A stretch of 64,000 bases of DNA. Origin: an uncultured virus (IMG/VR IMGVR_UViG_3300027861_004722). Taxonomy: Duplodnaviria; Heunggongvirae; Uroviricota; Caudoviricetes. Under the pieces are notes generated by a model. The model made no database searches. It was not told where the DNA came from and saw nothing but the letters and a program-made list of their open reading frames with translations. Positions 29,099-37,807 of the stretch are shown here, piece by piece (positions within the stretch are counted from its first letter, which is position 1; each line of letters opens with the position of its first letter). Position numbers and translations under genes: made by a program. Location: IMG/VR virus record IMGVR_UViG_3300027861_004722; one strand, given 5' to 3'.

Positions 29099-29623
29099 TT
29101 TCAAAAAACTATCATTATCTAGTAGCTGGCTTACTGTTAGTAATTTTATTAGCCCCTTTTCATAAGGATTGATAACCCCAGCACTCTTCCCTACTACTCC
29201 ATGATAATCCCCAACACTTTTTATATCTACTGGCGTCACCAGTAGATTTTTGTTGTTATACACCAATCTCACTAACTGCATTACCTGGATCTTAGTCGTG
29301 GATAGGTTCACTAGAGCTATATGATCATCTTGGGATAAAATTATCTCAGCTTGCTCTCTACTTTCGAAATGACAAGTGCTATTCTGCCCACCATTATAAC
29401 CTTCACACATAACAGCAGGTAGGCTGCTGTAGCATTCTTCTATTTTCATAGTTACTGCAAATTCATCTGGGCTTTCTATTATAGAAACGATCCTTGCTGG
29501 ATTTCTACCTAATTTTACAAGGGTGCCCAGGGTGGTTATAAGTTTTTTAGGAAGGTTCGGGCTGTCGAGAAGAGCTTGACCGAGTATCTTATTGGCATAG
29601 ACCAATTGATTTATTTCTAACAT
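29075..29623 (-). CDS. Hypothetical protein
   Basis: 182 aa; TG-c-TATAAT 6 nt before the ATG. Confidence 0.55.
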   Translation of the reverse strand: MLEINQLVYANKILGQALLDSPNLPKKLITTLGTLVKLGRNPARIVSIIESPDEFAVTMKIEECYSSLPAVMCEGYNGGQNSTCHFESREQAEIILSQDDHIALVNLSTTKIQVMQLVRLVYNNKNLLVTPVDIKSVGDYHGVVGKSAGVINPYEKGLIKLLTVSQLLDNDSFLKLNIRGLR

Positions 29624-29697
29624 AGAAATATTATAGCAAAATCGCTCGTCGCTATGGACTACAGACCAATTAAGTTGATAATAAAGGTAGAGGTCCT

Positions 29698-30924
29698 ATG
29701 AAGAAGCTACACATTATACATGCTCAAAATTTGAAGCATATACCAAACAAAGCCAAGGGCAAAATCCTTCCAATTCTGGAGAAGGAAACCCTGTCCTGGG
29801 CTGAAAAAGCTAAAAAGGACGCCCATAAGGCCACTTTAGCCGTCAAAGCACAACTGGATAGCAACCCTAGCAATAGCGTTCAGAATAAATACTTCAAATA
29901 TTTACGACGCTTGCTGGAGCTTAAGCTGGAAAGCCTTGAAACTACCGCTCACAAGGACGACGCGCCGAATCCCAAAATCAAAAAAGATTTGGTAGATTTT
30001 CTAAAGATTGAATCACTGCGGATACCGGAGCATATCTCCTGCAGTTCCATCGCTTTATACGAATTTTGCCCACGTAAATGGTATTACAGGTACCCTTTGG
30101 GAGTCAAGTTCCCAAAGACAGCGGCGTTGCATTTTGGTTCAAGTATCGATGATAGTTTGAATTTCTATTATGAAGAAAAGATCAAGGGAGAGACTCCTCC
30201 GATCAGTGCTGTGCACGCCCAATTCTATGAAGAGTTTGCTAAAGGTTATGATGAGGTAATTTGGGGTGACGCGGATCCAAAAACCTTAAAGAAGCAAGGA
30301 CCCGTAGTCATTGATAAGTATATCGAAAGCTTTGATAGAATCACCGACGCTACAGATGTCCAAACCGAAGTCAGAATACCTCTAGATAATGGCGGCCAGT
30401 TACTGGGATACATAGATATTCTTGAAGAAGACGCTGTGGTTGATACTAAGACAGCTAAGAAGTTTTGGAATGATAAAGGCCCCTGGGCTAAGCATCTCAA
30501 AGAGTTGCAACCTAAAGCCTATTCCTTATGGTTTCTTCAGAAATTTGAGAAGATGCCCAAACAATTCCGTTACCAAATTGTAACCAAAGAGTTAGACGCA
30601 GATGGCAACCCAGATCCTAAGTCTCAATTAATTAGTTTCGAGCTTAAGAAATTTGAACTGGAAGCTTTCCGTAGACGGATTCAAGGTGTTTGGGATTCTA
30701 TTATGGAGACCTTACCAAAAGGAAAGAAAGCTTTTCTCACTTCGGCGGAACCTGGCCTAAAGAGAGGTCGTGGTGTTGGCTGTCAGGAGCCTGGGGTTCT
30801 TTGCACCCAGCAATGGTGCGATTACTCAAAACTCTGCAAAGAAGAGGGATTACGAATACCTACGAAGTGGGTTTCAAAAACGAAAGAAGTTCCTGGCCAT
30901 CACGTTTACGAGGACGAAGAATAA
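29698..30924 (+). CDS. PD-(D/E)XK exonuclease (RecB/Cas4-like)
   Basis: CPRKWYYRY, LHFGS, GYIDIL...VDTKT, Q..AY, C-terminal C..WCDY..LC. Confidence 0.82.
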   Translation: MKKLHIIHAQNLKHIPNKAKGKILPILEKETLSWAEKAKKDAHKATLAVKAQLDSNPSNSVQNKYFKYLRRLLELKLESLETTAHKDDAPNPKIKKDLVDFLKIESLRIPEHISCSSIALYEFCPRKWYYRYPLGVKFPKTAALHFGSSIDDSLNFYYEEKIKGETPPISAVHAQFYEEFAKGYDEVIWGDADPKTLKKQGPVVIDKYIESFDRITDATDVQTEVRIPLDNGGQLLGYIDILEEDAVVDTKTAKKFWNDKGPWAKHLKELQPKAYSLWFLQKFEKMPKQFRYQIVTKELDADGNPDPKSQLISFELKKFELEAFRRRIQGVWDSIMETLPKGKKAFLTSAEPGLKRGRGVGCQEPGVLCTQQWCDYSKLCKEEGLRIPTKWVSKTKEVPGHHVYEDEE

Positions 30925-31466
30925 TGCAACCAACAAGAGATCTATCAAAATCCTGGATTGAAGATGAGAATTTCTTCAAACACATGTGTGAAGTAGGCAG
31001 AAAATACGAAGCTATAGTTATGCAAAAGCTTATAGACGCGGGAATAGAAGACGTCCAGCTTCTGGACGATGGGTTCCGCAAGAATGTAGCTGATATCAAA
31101 CGCTATACTACTAATAGTAAAGATCTACTGATCAAAGGCTGGCCTTTCGAGGTTAAATCTAGAAACGTATATTTCACAGATCCAGATGATTGGCCAGCAA
31201 ATTACTGGCCCATGTTCTTAGATACCGTTGCTGGTTTCGAGAGCAAGAAAGCCAAGCCCGTGGGTTACATTTTCATTTCTCAAAAGACTGGGGCTATGAT
31301 GGCAGCCAGTACTGCTAAAATAAACAGGCAAAAATGGGACACACAGCGCAGATTCGACCGCGAACGTAAAATCTGGGATACCTTCTATTCCTTAAACCGG
31401 GAAGACGTGATCTCGGAAGATGAGTTAATTACAAAGTTACTAGCGATGAAAACAAAACCGGAGTAA
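30924..31466 (+). CDS. Hypothetical protein, possible restriction-endonuclease-like fold
   Basis: E...DLLIK...FEVKSR; TAATG overlap with the upstream gene. Confidence 0.55.
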   Translation: MQPTRDLSKSWIEDENFFKHMCEVGRKYEAIVMQKLIDAGIEDVQLLDDGFRKNVADIKRYTTNSKDLLIKGWPFEVKSRNVYFTDPDDWPANYWPMFLDTVAGFESKKAKPVGYIFISQKTGAMMAASTAKINRQKWDTQRRFDRERKIWDTFYSLNREDVISEDELITKLLAMKTKPE

Positions 31467-31468
31467 AA

Positions 31469-31684
31469 ATGGCTGATGAGATCAGATTAAGAAAAATACC
31501 CAAAGCAGTAATAGTTGCTCTGCAAGACTTGGCAGATAGCCGAGGATGCTCTATGGAGAAAGTTTTGCAAGACGCTATTAATACCGAAGTTTATATAAAT
31601 GAACAACTAGAAAATGGCTGCGAAATTTTCTGCAAAGATAGCGATGGCAAGACCCGGAGAGTTGTGTTTACCCATGTTGAGTAG
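31469..31684 (+). CDS. Small ribbon-helix-helix-like protein
   Basis: IRLRKIPKAV..ALQDLA..RG.SME.VL.DAI; GGAG RBS. Confidence 0.55.
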   Translation: MADEIRLRKIPKAVIVALQDLADSRGCSMEKVLQDAINTEVYINEQLENGCEIFCKDSDGKTRRVVFTHVE

Positions 31685-31769
31685 TCAAGGTGACACCGAC
31701 AAAAAACGGTTTACGGCTCACGACCTTGCTAAGTCTATTAGTTTCGGTATACTGCGCGTAGAGGTATAA

Positions 31770-31976
31770 ATGATTGATCCTGGGCTCCTACTTCAAGAAA
31801 TTACTAAAGATTTAGTAAATTTACAGACAGATCAGCGATCTGTAACCAAGTGCATAGAAAAACACTTAAAGAAGCAAGACACCGAAACCATTGTCGAAGG
31901 CCATAATTTAGCTATTAAGCTTCAGCGTGCTTTTGAGGAAGTTATATTCATGAATATGCTCGGAGGAAAAGAATGA
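31770..31976 (+). CDS. Hypothetical protein
   Basis: 68 aa, GAGG RBS. Confidence 0.5.
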   Translation: MIDPGLLLQEITKDLVNLQTDQRSVTKCIEKHLKKQDTETIVEGHNLAIKLQRAFEEVIFMNMLGGKE

Positions 31977-32287
31977 GGTATATAGAAGAGGGAGCATCTT
32001 ACAAAGTCAAGATCCCCCAAGACTATTTCCCAGAGGAGGCTGCTTCCAATCCCAATAACCCTCTTTCTGATAAAAATATAAGAAAACATTGGGACAATAA
32101 AGAGGTTAGAGTTGGACATGTGCTGCATAATCGAGTGCGTGGCTACTATGGTAAAGATCAAAAAACATATACTATACCGGTAAGCTGGCTAGCCGAGCTT
32201 ACTAAGCACTGCTCTCAAGTAGAGAGGTATATAGAATCACAGAAACGAGAAAATTACGTCTCCCCTTTCTCCGGAAAGACTCGCTAA
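31973..32287 (+). CDS. Hypothetical protein
   Basis: 104 aa, GGAGG RBS, ATGA overlap. Confidence 0.55.
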   Translation: MRYIEEGASYKVKIPQDYFPEEAASNPNNPLSDKNIRKHWDNKEVRVGHVLHNRVRGYYGKDQKTYTIPVSWLAELTKHCSQVERYIESQKRENYVSPFSGKTR

Positions 32288-32365
32288 AGTAGCTGGACCA
32301 TCTTTGAAGATGTCCTACCACATTGATAAAATAGATATAAACAAATACGAAGACCAGGCAGACAT

Positions 32366-35353
32366 ATGGATAAAGTTGCGACTAAGACGACTACAGCTAA
32401 TAGCACCAATACTGAGCTAAAAACTTACCCCTTTGATGAAGCATATAAGGCGTCAACAGAGTATTTCTTTGGGGATACTTTGGCTGCCAATGTTTGGTGT
32501 AATAAATACGCCATGAGAGACAAAGAAGGCGGCTTCCTAGAACTAACGCCCCATGATATGCATGATCGCCTAGCGGCTGAGTTCGCACGTATTGATAGTG
32601 AGAAGTATGGGCTAAATTATGAGACACAGCGTATCAAATACAGAAAGGCTATGAATCAGTTTGCCCTAATCTGCCCGCAAGGCAGCCCAATGGCAGCAGT
32701 CGGGAATACCGTGCAGGTAATGTCTGCATCAAACTGTGTTGTCGTTGAGCCACCAGATGATAGCATCGCTGGCATCATGAAAACGGGTTGTGAGCTAGCA
32801 CAGCTATATAAGCGTCGTTGTGGTGTGGGGACCGACCTATCCGAACTCCGCCCAGATGGGTTTCATGTAAATAATGCTGCAAGAACAACAAGTGGTGCAT
32901 GGAGTTTCGCTGACTATTATAGCTATATAACCCGCATGATCGGTCAATGCCTTCATGAGGATACACAAGTTCTAACGCGTAGAGGTCTTAAAAAGATTAA
33001 GACGGTTACTATTACAGATGAAGTCTGGACCAAAAAGGGCTGGATTAAGGTCAACGGTGTGGTAGAGAACCAGAAATCTTGTGTCAAGGTCACCACCAAA
33101 TTTGGCCATGAAATAGTTTGCAGTGAAGATCATGTCTTTCATACCACAAGAGGAGAAAAAGCAGTTAAGGATTTATCTGTCGGTGATCCTATTACTCAAA
33201 TAGTTGCAGAAGGCGTAATCCTAGGAGGAGAAGAAAAACTAGACTCAAAGGGATATCTGTATCAGGATATAGTCTCCTCTATCAAAATTTATGATCTAGG
33301 AAAAAATCATACAGTATACGACCTTATTTTAGAGAGCGAGCACCTATTCTGGGCTAATGGGTTATATGCGCATAACTCGGGCCGCAGGGGGGCCTTGATG
33401 CTTACACTAAACGTGCACCACCCAGATGTAGAGAAGTTCGCTACCATGAAAGCGGACCTAACAAAAGTTACTGGCGCAAATATCAGTGTTCGTCTATCAG
33501 ACGAGTTCATGACCGCTGTTGAAAATGGAACTACCTATGAACAGCGATGGCCTTGTGAGGGAACCCCAGAATTCTCTCAGCAAGTAGATGCCAAAACGGT
33601 CTGGAATACTATTATTGAAATGGCTACCAAGACAGCAGAGCCAGGCCTTATCTTCTGGGATAAGATAACTAATAGATTACCAGCACACTCTTACCCACAA
33701 TTTAAGACCCGTAGCACGAATCCATGTAGCGAAATCGCACTATCTGCATATGATAGCTGCCGTCTTATATCTCTTAACTTGACCGGCTTTATTAGAAATG
33801 CATTCCTTGAAAATGCTAATTTTCACTGGGAGAAATTCCAAGACAATATTCATCTTGCTATGCAAATGATTGATAATCTAGTTGATATAGAGATAGAGCT
33901 TATTGATAAGATTATCTCTGTGTGCAGCACAGAAGACGAAACCCAACTCTGGCAAAAACTTCGCCAGTCTGGGCAAGAAGGCCGCAGGACAGGACTAGGA
34001 ACCCATGGCCTAGCTGACACACTAGCACAGCTTGGTATGAAGTATGACAGCCCAGAAGCCATAGCTTTCTGTGATCAGCTGTATGAGATTCTTCGTAACA
34101 ATGCTTACATGGCTAGTGTTGAGCTAGCAGAAAAGAGAGGCCCTTTCCCGGCCTTCGATTGGGAAATCGAGAAAGACAATGAGTTCATACAAGACCTTCC
34201 TGAAAATATTCGCAGTAGAATGGCAACCAGCGGTCGTCGCAACATATCAATTTTAACCCAGGCACCTACGGGTAGTGTCTCTCTAGTAAGTAAATGCGGG
34301 GAGTTCGACCGTCATAATATCAGTTCAGGGGTTGAACCCGTATTCCGTAACAACTTCACCCGCCGCAAACGGGTAAACATAGGTGATCACCTAGCCAGAG
34401 TAGACTTTACAGATGGCCTGGGGGATAAATGGCAAGAATACGATGTCTACCATGGAAATGTTCTTAATTACTTTGAAAAGACGCATGATGTAGATCTATC
34501 CGATATGGAAGATCCAGAAACACAAGCTTTACTAAAGACATTAATGGGAGATCTTCCTGAGCATTTTACCACTAGTGACAAAGTAGCTTGGGAATCCCGC
34601 GTAGAACTACAAGGAACTGAACAAAAATATATAGATCATAGCATCTCCTCCACTATCAACCTCCCAAGAGGAACAAAACCAGAAACTGTTAGTGGGATCT
34701 ACCTTGAAGGCTGGCGTCACGGGCTTAAAGGCATAACTGTCTACGTTGATGGTTCCCGAGACGGGGTTCTAATATCCAAAGATTCTAACACTAAGATAGA
34801 TATCACGGAACGTCCCGAAAAAATCGTCCGCCTACAGGCACCTAAACGACCAAAGATCCTCGATGCAGAAATACACCACCACACAGTCCGTGGAGAGAAA
34901 TGGATAGCAATCGTTGGCCTACTTGACGGTGACCCATACGAAATGTTCGGCGGTTACAGCGAGTCTATCCACTTGCCAAAGAAGTATAAGCAGGGCAAGC
35001 TAAAACGCCGTGGCCAAGGGAAATACGACCTATCAATACCCATCGGAGATGAAGCTCTGGTTATACGAGATATTATTGGCACCTTCAATGACAGTGAGAT
35101 CGGCTGGACCACGCGCCTGGTATCAACATCATTGCGCCACGGAGTTCCTATACAGTTCCTAACACAGCAACTACAAAAAGACGGAACACTCAATAGCTTC
35201 AATAAAGTGGTAGCAAGAGTCCTGAAGAAGTATATTAAAGAAGGAGAAAAGGTTAAATCTAGTGCTAAGTGCGGATTTAACTGCGAGTCCCCAGAGTTCA
35301 TTTACACAGAGGGTTGCATCAGCTGCGTATGTGGTTGGACTAAGTGCTCCTAG
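32366..35353 (+). CDS. nrdJ: Class II (adenosylcobalamin-dependent) ribonucleotide reductase containing an intein
   Basis: SNC, RRGA, ANISV, AEPG, STNPCSE, RRTGLG, APTGS, SISSTIN, KGITVY; C-terminal TSCPD-like and zinc-ribbon region; no ATP cone evident. Confidence 0.92.
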   Translation: MDKVATKTTTANSTNTELKTYPFDEAYKASTEYFFGDTLAANVWCNKYAMRDKEGGFLELTPHDMHDRLAAEFARIDSEKYGLNYETQRIKYRKAMNQFALICPQGSPMAAVGNTVQVMSASNCVVVEPPDDSIAGIMKTGCELAQLYKRRCGVGTDLSELRPDGFHVNNAARTTSGAWSFADYYSYITRMIGQCLHEDTQVLTRRGLKKIKTVTITDEVWTKKGWIKVNGVVENQKSCVKVTTKFGHEIVCSEDHVFHTTRGEKAVKDLSVGDPITQIVAEGVILGGEEKLDSKGYLYQDIVSSIKIYDLGKNHTVYDLILESEHLFWANGLYAHNSGRRGALMLTLNVHHPDVEKFATMKADLTKVTGANISVRLSDEFMTAVENGTTYEQRWPCEGTPEFSQQVDAKTVWNTIIEMATKTAEPGLIFWDKITNRLPAHSYPQFKTRSTNPCSEIALSAYDSCRLISLNLTGFIRNAFLENANFHWEKFQDNIHLAMQMIDNLVDIEIELIDKIISVCSTEDETQLWQKLRQSGQEGRRTGLGTHGLADTLAQLGMKYDSPEAIAFCDQLYEILRNNAYMASVELAEKRGPFPAFDWEIEKDNEFIQDLPENIRSRMATSGRRNISILTQAPTGSVSLVSKCGEFDRHNISSGVEPVFRNNFTRRKRVNIGDHLARVDFTDGLGDKWQEYDVYHGNVLNYFEKTHDVDLSDMEDPETQALLKTLMGDLPEHFTTSDKVAWESRVELQGTEQKYIDHSISSTINLPRGTKPETVSGIYLEGWRHGLKGITVYVDGSRDGVLISKDSNTKIDITERPEKIVRLQAPKRPKILDAEIHHHTVRGEKWIAIVGLLDGDPYEMFGGYSESIHLPKKYKQGKLKRRGQGKYDLSIPIGDEALVIRDIIGTFNDSEIGWTTRLVSTSLRHGVPIQFLTQQLQKDGTLNSFNKVVARVLKKYIKEGEKVKSSAKCGFNCESPEFIYTEGCISCVCGWTKCS
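32948..33376 (+). mobile_element. Mini-intein (143 aa, no homing endonuclease) in NrdJ
   Basis: Begins CLHEDTQV after GQ; block B CSEDH; ends VYDL...H.FWANGLYAHN followed by Ser (SGRRGA). Confidence 0.92.
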
Positions 35354-35361
35354 GAGAAATT

Positions 35362-35727
35362 ATGAAATTGCACACTATTTATCGAGCCTATGATTGCACT
35401 GAAGCCGGAGGCCCCGCAGGCGACGGCTCAGGCCCAAGCACACTCCTAGGCCACTTTTCTAGTGAAGCAGACGCAAGAAAAGTTGCTGAGAACAAAGGCT
35501 GGAGATCCTGGGATCTCAAAGATAAACACGGGAGGGTAGATAGTATACAAATACTTTCTAGCGACGGAGGTCTTAGTGGCTATACAAGTGCTGGCAGTCC
35601 TCTTATTCGAGTAAATCCCCTCTTCATAGAGGGAAACGCTGACCCATTTCATGTAAAGCTTGCCCTGGAAAAGTTAACAGATACAGAACAACAAGCACTA
35701 AAGAAACACTACATAGAAACGAAATAA
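35362..35727 (+). CDS. Hypothetical protein
   Basis: AGGAG RBS then ATG; 121 aa. Confidence 0.55.
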   Translation: MKLHTIYRAYDCTEAGGPAGDGSGPSTLLGHFSSEADARKVAENKGWRSWDLKDKHGRVDSIQILSSDGGLSGYTSAGSPLIRVNPLFIEGNADPFHVKLALEKLTDTEQQALKKHYIETK

Positions 35728-35732
35728 TACCT

Positions 35733-36290
35733 ATGCCTGTAATACCCTCTTTTTCCAATAGAATCGGATATACTGTTGCGGAGGCCCGTTTTCTGCTTGA
35801 TGAGAATCTCTCATCAAAGGTAGCTGCTGCCACTCTCGGTAGATCTAATACAAGCAAAGGCAACAATAGCATCGTATTGGGCTCAGGGTCGGGTTCTTTA
35901 ACCGGAGGAATTTCCATAATTGGAGGCCAGCCTGCAAATGCCCCCGGAGGGGCAGTTACGGTTATGGCAGGATCAGGCACAGGTACAGGTTCCGGAGGAG
36001 CTATCACTATTACTGGGGGCTCCGGGGGAACATCCGGAGGCGGGGGCAACCTAATTCTTGTTTCCGGTAAAGGTTATGGAGGAAAAAAAGACGGACGTAT
36101 CTGTATAGAAGACACAGACGGCAGCGAACTAATATCTATAGGCACGGACAAGACTCTCAAAGTACTTGGAGAAGAGATACCACTCAGCATGATCAAAGAG
36201 TGGATATCAAAAATCAAGTTCGAAGCCACGAATTGCTCCTGCACTTCGGCTCAGATTTTTCAAACCGGATGTGTTTGCGGGGGAAGTTGA
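35733..36290 (+). CDS. Gly-rich beta-repeat protein with C-terminal CxC-x8-GCxCGG motif
   Basis: Repeats GG.I.I.GG; ends CSCTSAQIFQTGCVCGGS. Confidence 0.6.
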   Translation: MPVIPSFSNRIGYTVAEARFLLDENLSSKVAAATLGRSNTSKGNNSIVLGSGSGSLTGGISIIGGQPANAPGGAVTVMAGSGTGTGSGGAITITGGSGGTSGGGGNLILVSGKGYGGKKDGRICIEDTDGSELISIGTDKTLKVLGEEIPLSMIKEWISKIKFEATNCSCTSAQIFQTGCVCGGS

Positions 36291-36294
36291 AAGA

Positions 36295-36681
36295 CTACTT
36301 CATCTTCAAAAACATGAGACCAGCTAATCCAATAAGAGGCAGTAATAGTGGATTACTAAGTATGCTTCGCCTTCCATGCCCTCGGCCATGACCCCTGCCA
36401 TGACCCCTGCCATGCTCTCTACCTCGATGCCTATATTGTGGTCGAGCAAATTCTCTGGGTGGGCCGTAACCGCCCGCAGGGTAGCCATAGGGGTAACCAC
36501 TCGGGTAACCATAAGGATAAGGCCCAACAGGAACAGGAACAGGAACAGGGGCGGCAGGCTTGGGAGCAGGCGCAGGCATTGGCCCTATAGGAAGAGCAGG
36601 CCCTATTTTAGGGACAATAGGCCCAAGAGGACCCAGTTTGGGGAGCAGACTTGGAATTACTGGTGCAATTTTAGGTATCAT
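36295..36681 (-). CDS. Pro-rich low-complexity protein with C-terminal transmembrane anchor
   Basis: Pro-rich N-terminus, YPYGYP repeats, (GHGR)n, hydrophobic tail LLLPLIGLAGLMFLKMK. Confidence 0.6.
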   Translation of the reverse strand: MIPKIAPVIPSLLPKLGPLGPIVPKIGPALPIGPMPAPAPKPAAPVPVPVPVGPYPYGYPSGYPYGYPAGGYGPPREFARPQYRHRGREHGRGHGRGHGRGHGRRSILSNPLLLPLIGLAGLMFLKMK

Positions 36682-36768
36682 ACTTATAACTATACCAAAA
36701 ATAACCCCAGTTAATTCTATTGATGACCAAATCTAGATTAGCAATTATATATCTGGTAGAATAAGAAC

Positions 36769-37692
36769 ATGAAAATCTATACAAATAGTTACATCCATTC
36801 AGATGAAATCAATCCTGAGAACTTTGTTGAAGTCTTAGAGACCTATGCTGATCAATTGGAAAAAGTAGCTAAGGACTACCGTGATTTAGTAGTATATGTA
36901 AAAACTAAGAAAATTAAGATTGTAGATGCCCATGGTTTCCCTCATGGGGGCCACTTCTCTGTCGATGATATTGATACAGGAAGACTCAAAAAAGAAGGGA
37001 TCGTCACAGATTACGCAGAACAACCTCTAGCAGAAAATGTTTGTTTTTATATCGATAGTGAGTTGGACGGTGTTCTGGAATCCGCTATCCCCCAATTAGA
37101 AGAATTTGATCCAGATTTTGAAGATATGACAGATGCTGTCATTAGTAAAATCTTTGATAGCGACGATGGCCTCACTGAGGAAGAAGAAGCTTTAATTGAA
37201 GATATGATCAATGAAGATGATTTTGATCTTGAGCACTTGGAGCAAATTGATATTGAATTTGATGAGATCTTTCCAGAGTCCCATTCTAGCTTTAACTTGG
37301 GCGAGAAGATAGCTGACTTCGGCGGTGAGACTTTTGCCCCGGGCAATATGATTATTGAGGTACGTAAGATAGATGAGAGTAAGTTTACCTTTAATCTAAC
37401 TATGGCAGATCTGGCAGAGGATCCACTAGATATTGATTATATAAGGGAGAAATCTACATTCACTTACGGGTGTGGGCAATGCGACGAAATCCACTACGAA
37501 AGCCTTGACTCAGCTTACCAAAGTTTAAAAACAGCCACAGCAATCATTTCTAACCTAGTAGAAATGACTAGAGACTTCCGCGAGCTAAGTGCGGCACTTG
37601 AGTTTATTGATGCGGACTTGAGATTATTGCAATGGCTGTTACGATTAGACTATGCACTAACCGATCCGGAGGTTGAGGACGAAGAGGAGTAG
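36769..37692 (+). CDS. Highly acidic hypothetical protein
   Basis: 307 aa, D/E-rich, one CxxC..H. Confidence 0.6.
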   Translation: MKIYTNSYIHSDEINPENFVEVLETYADQLEKVAKDYRDLVVYVKTKKIKIVDAHGFPHGGHFSVDDIDTGRLKKEGIVTDYAEQPLAENVCFYIDSELDGVLESAIPQLEEFDPDFEDMTDAVISKIFDSDDGLTEEEEALIEDMINEDDFDLEHLEQIDIEFDEIFPESHSSFNLGEKIADFGGETFAPGNMIIEVRKIDESKFTFNLTMADLAEDPLDIDYIREKSTFTYGCGQCDEIHYESLDSAYQSLKTATAIISNLVEMTRDFRELSAALEFIDADLRLLQWLLRLDYALTDPEVEDEEE

Positions 37693-37807
37693 TCCATATA
37701 CTGCGCATAGTTAATGCATATAATAGATAATGATTGGGTCCAATGACCAGGGAATATGTAAACCATACACCCGACCTTGTTATTAAATCAGAAAGAAGAA
37801 GAAGAAG

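Noticed and set aside
30690..30923. N-terminal extension of the 258-aa ORF
   Set aside because: Overlaps the nuclease C-terminus; the ATG at 30924 (TAATG overlap with RBS) is the more plausible start.
29698..30924. Cas4 as part of a CRISPR-Cas system
   Set aside because: No cas1/cas2 or array in the window; stand-alone PD-(D/E)XK nucleases are common in phage replication regions.
37693..37807. Possible structured RNA upstream of polA
   Set aside because: Only 4-bp stems (GGTC/GACC, TATG/CATA); not distinguishable from chance without covariation data.
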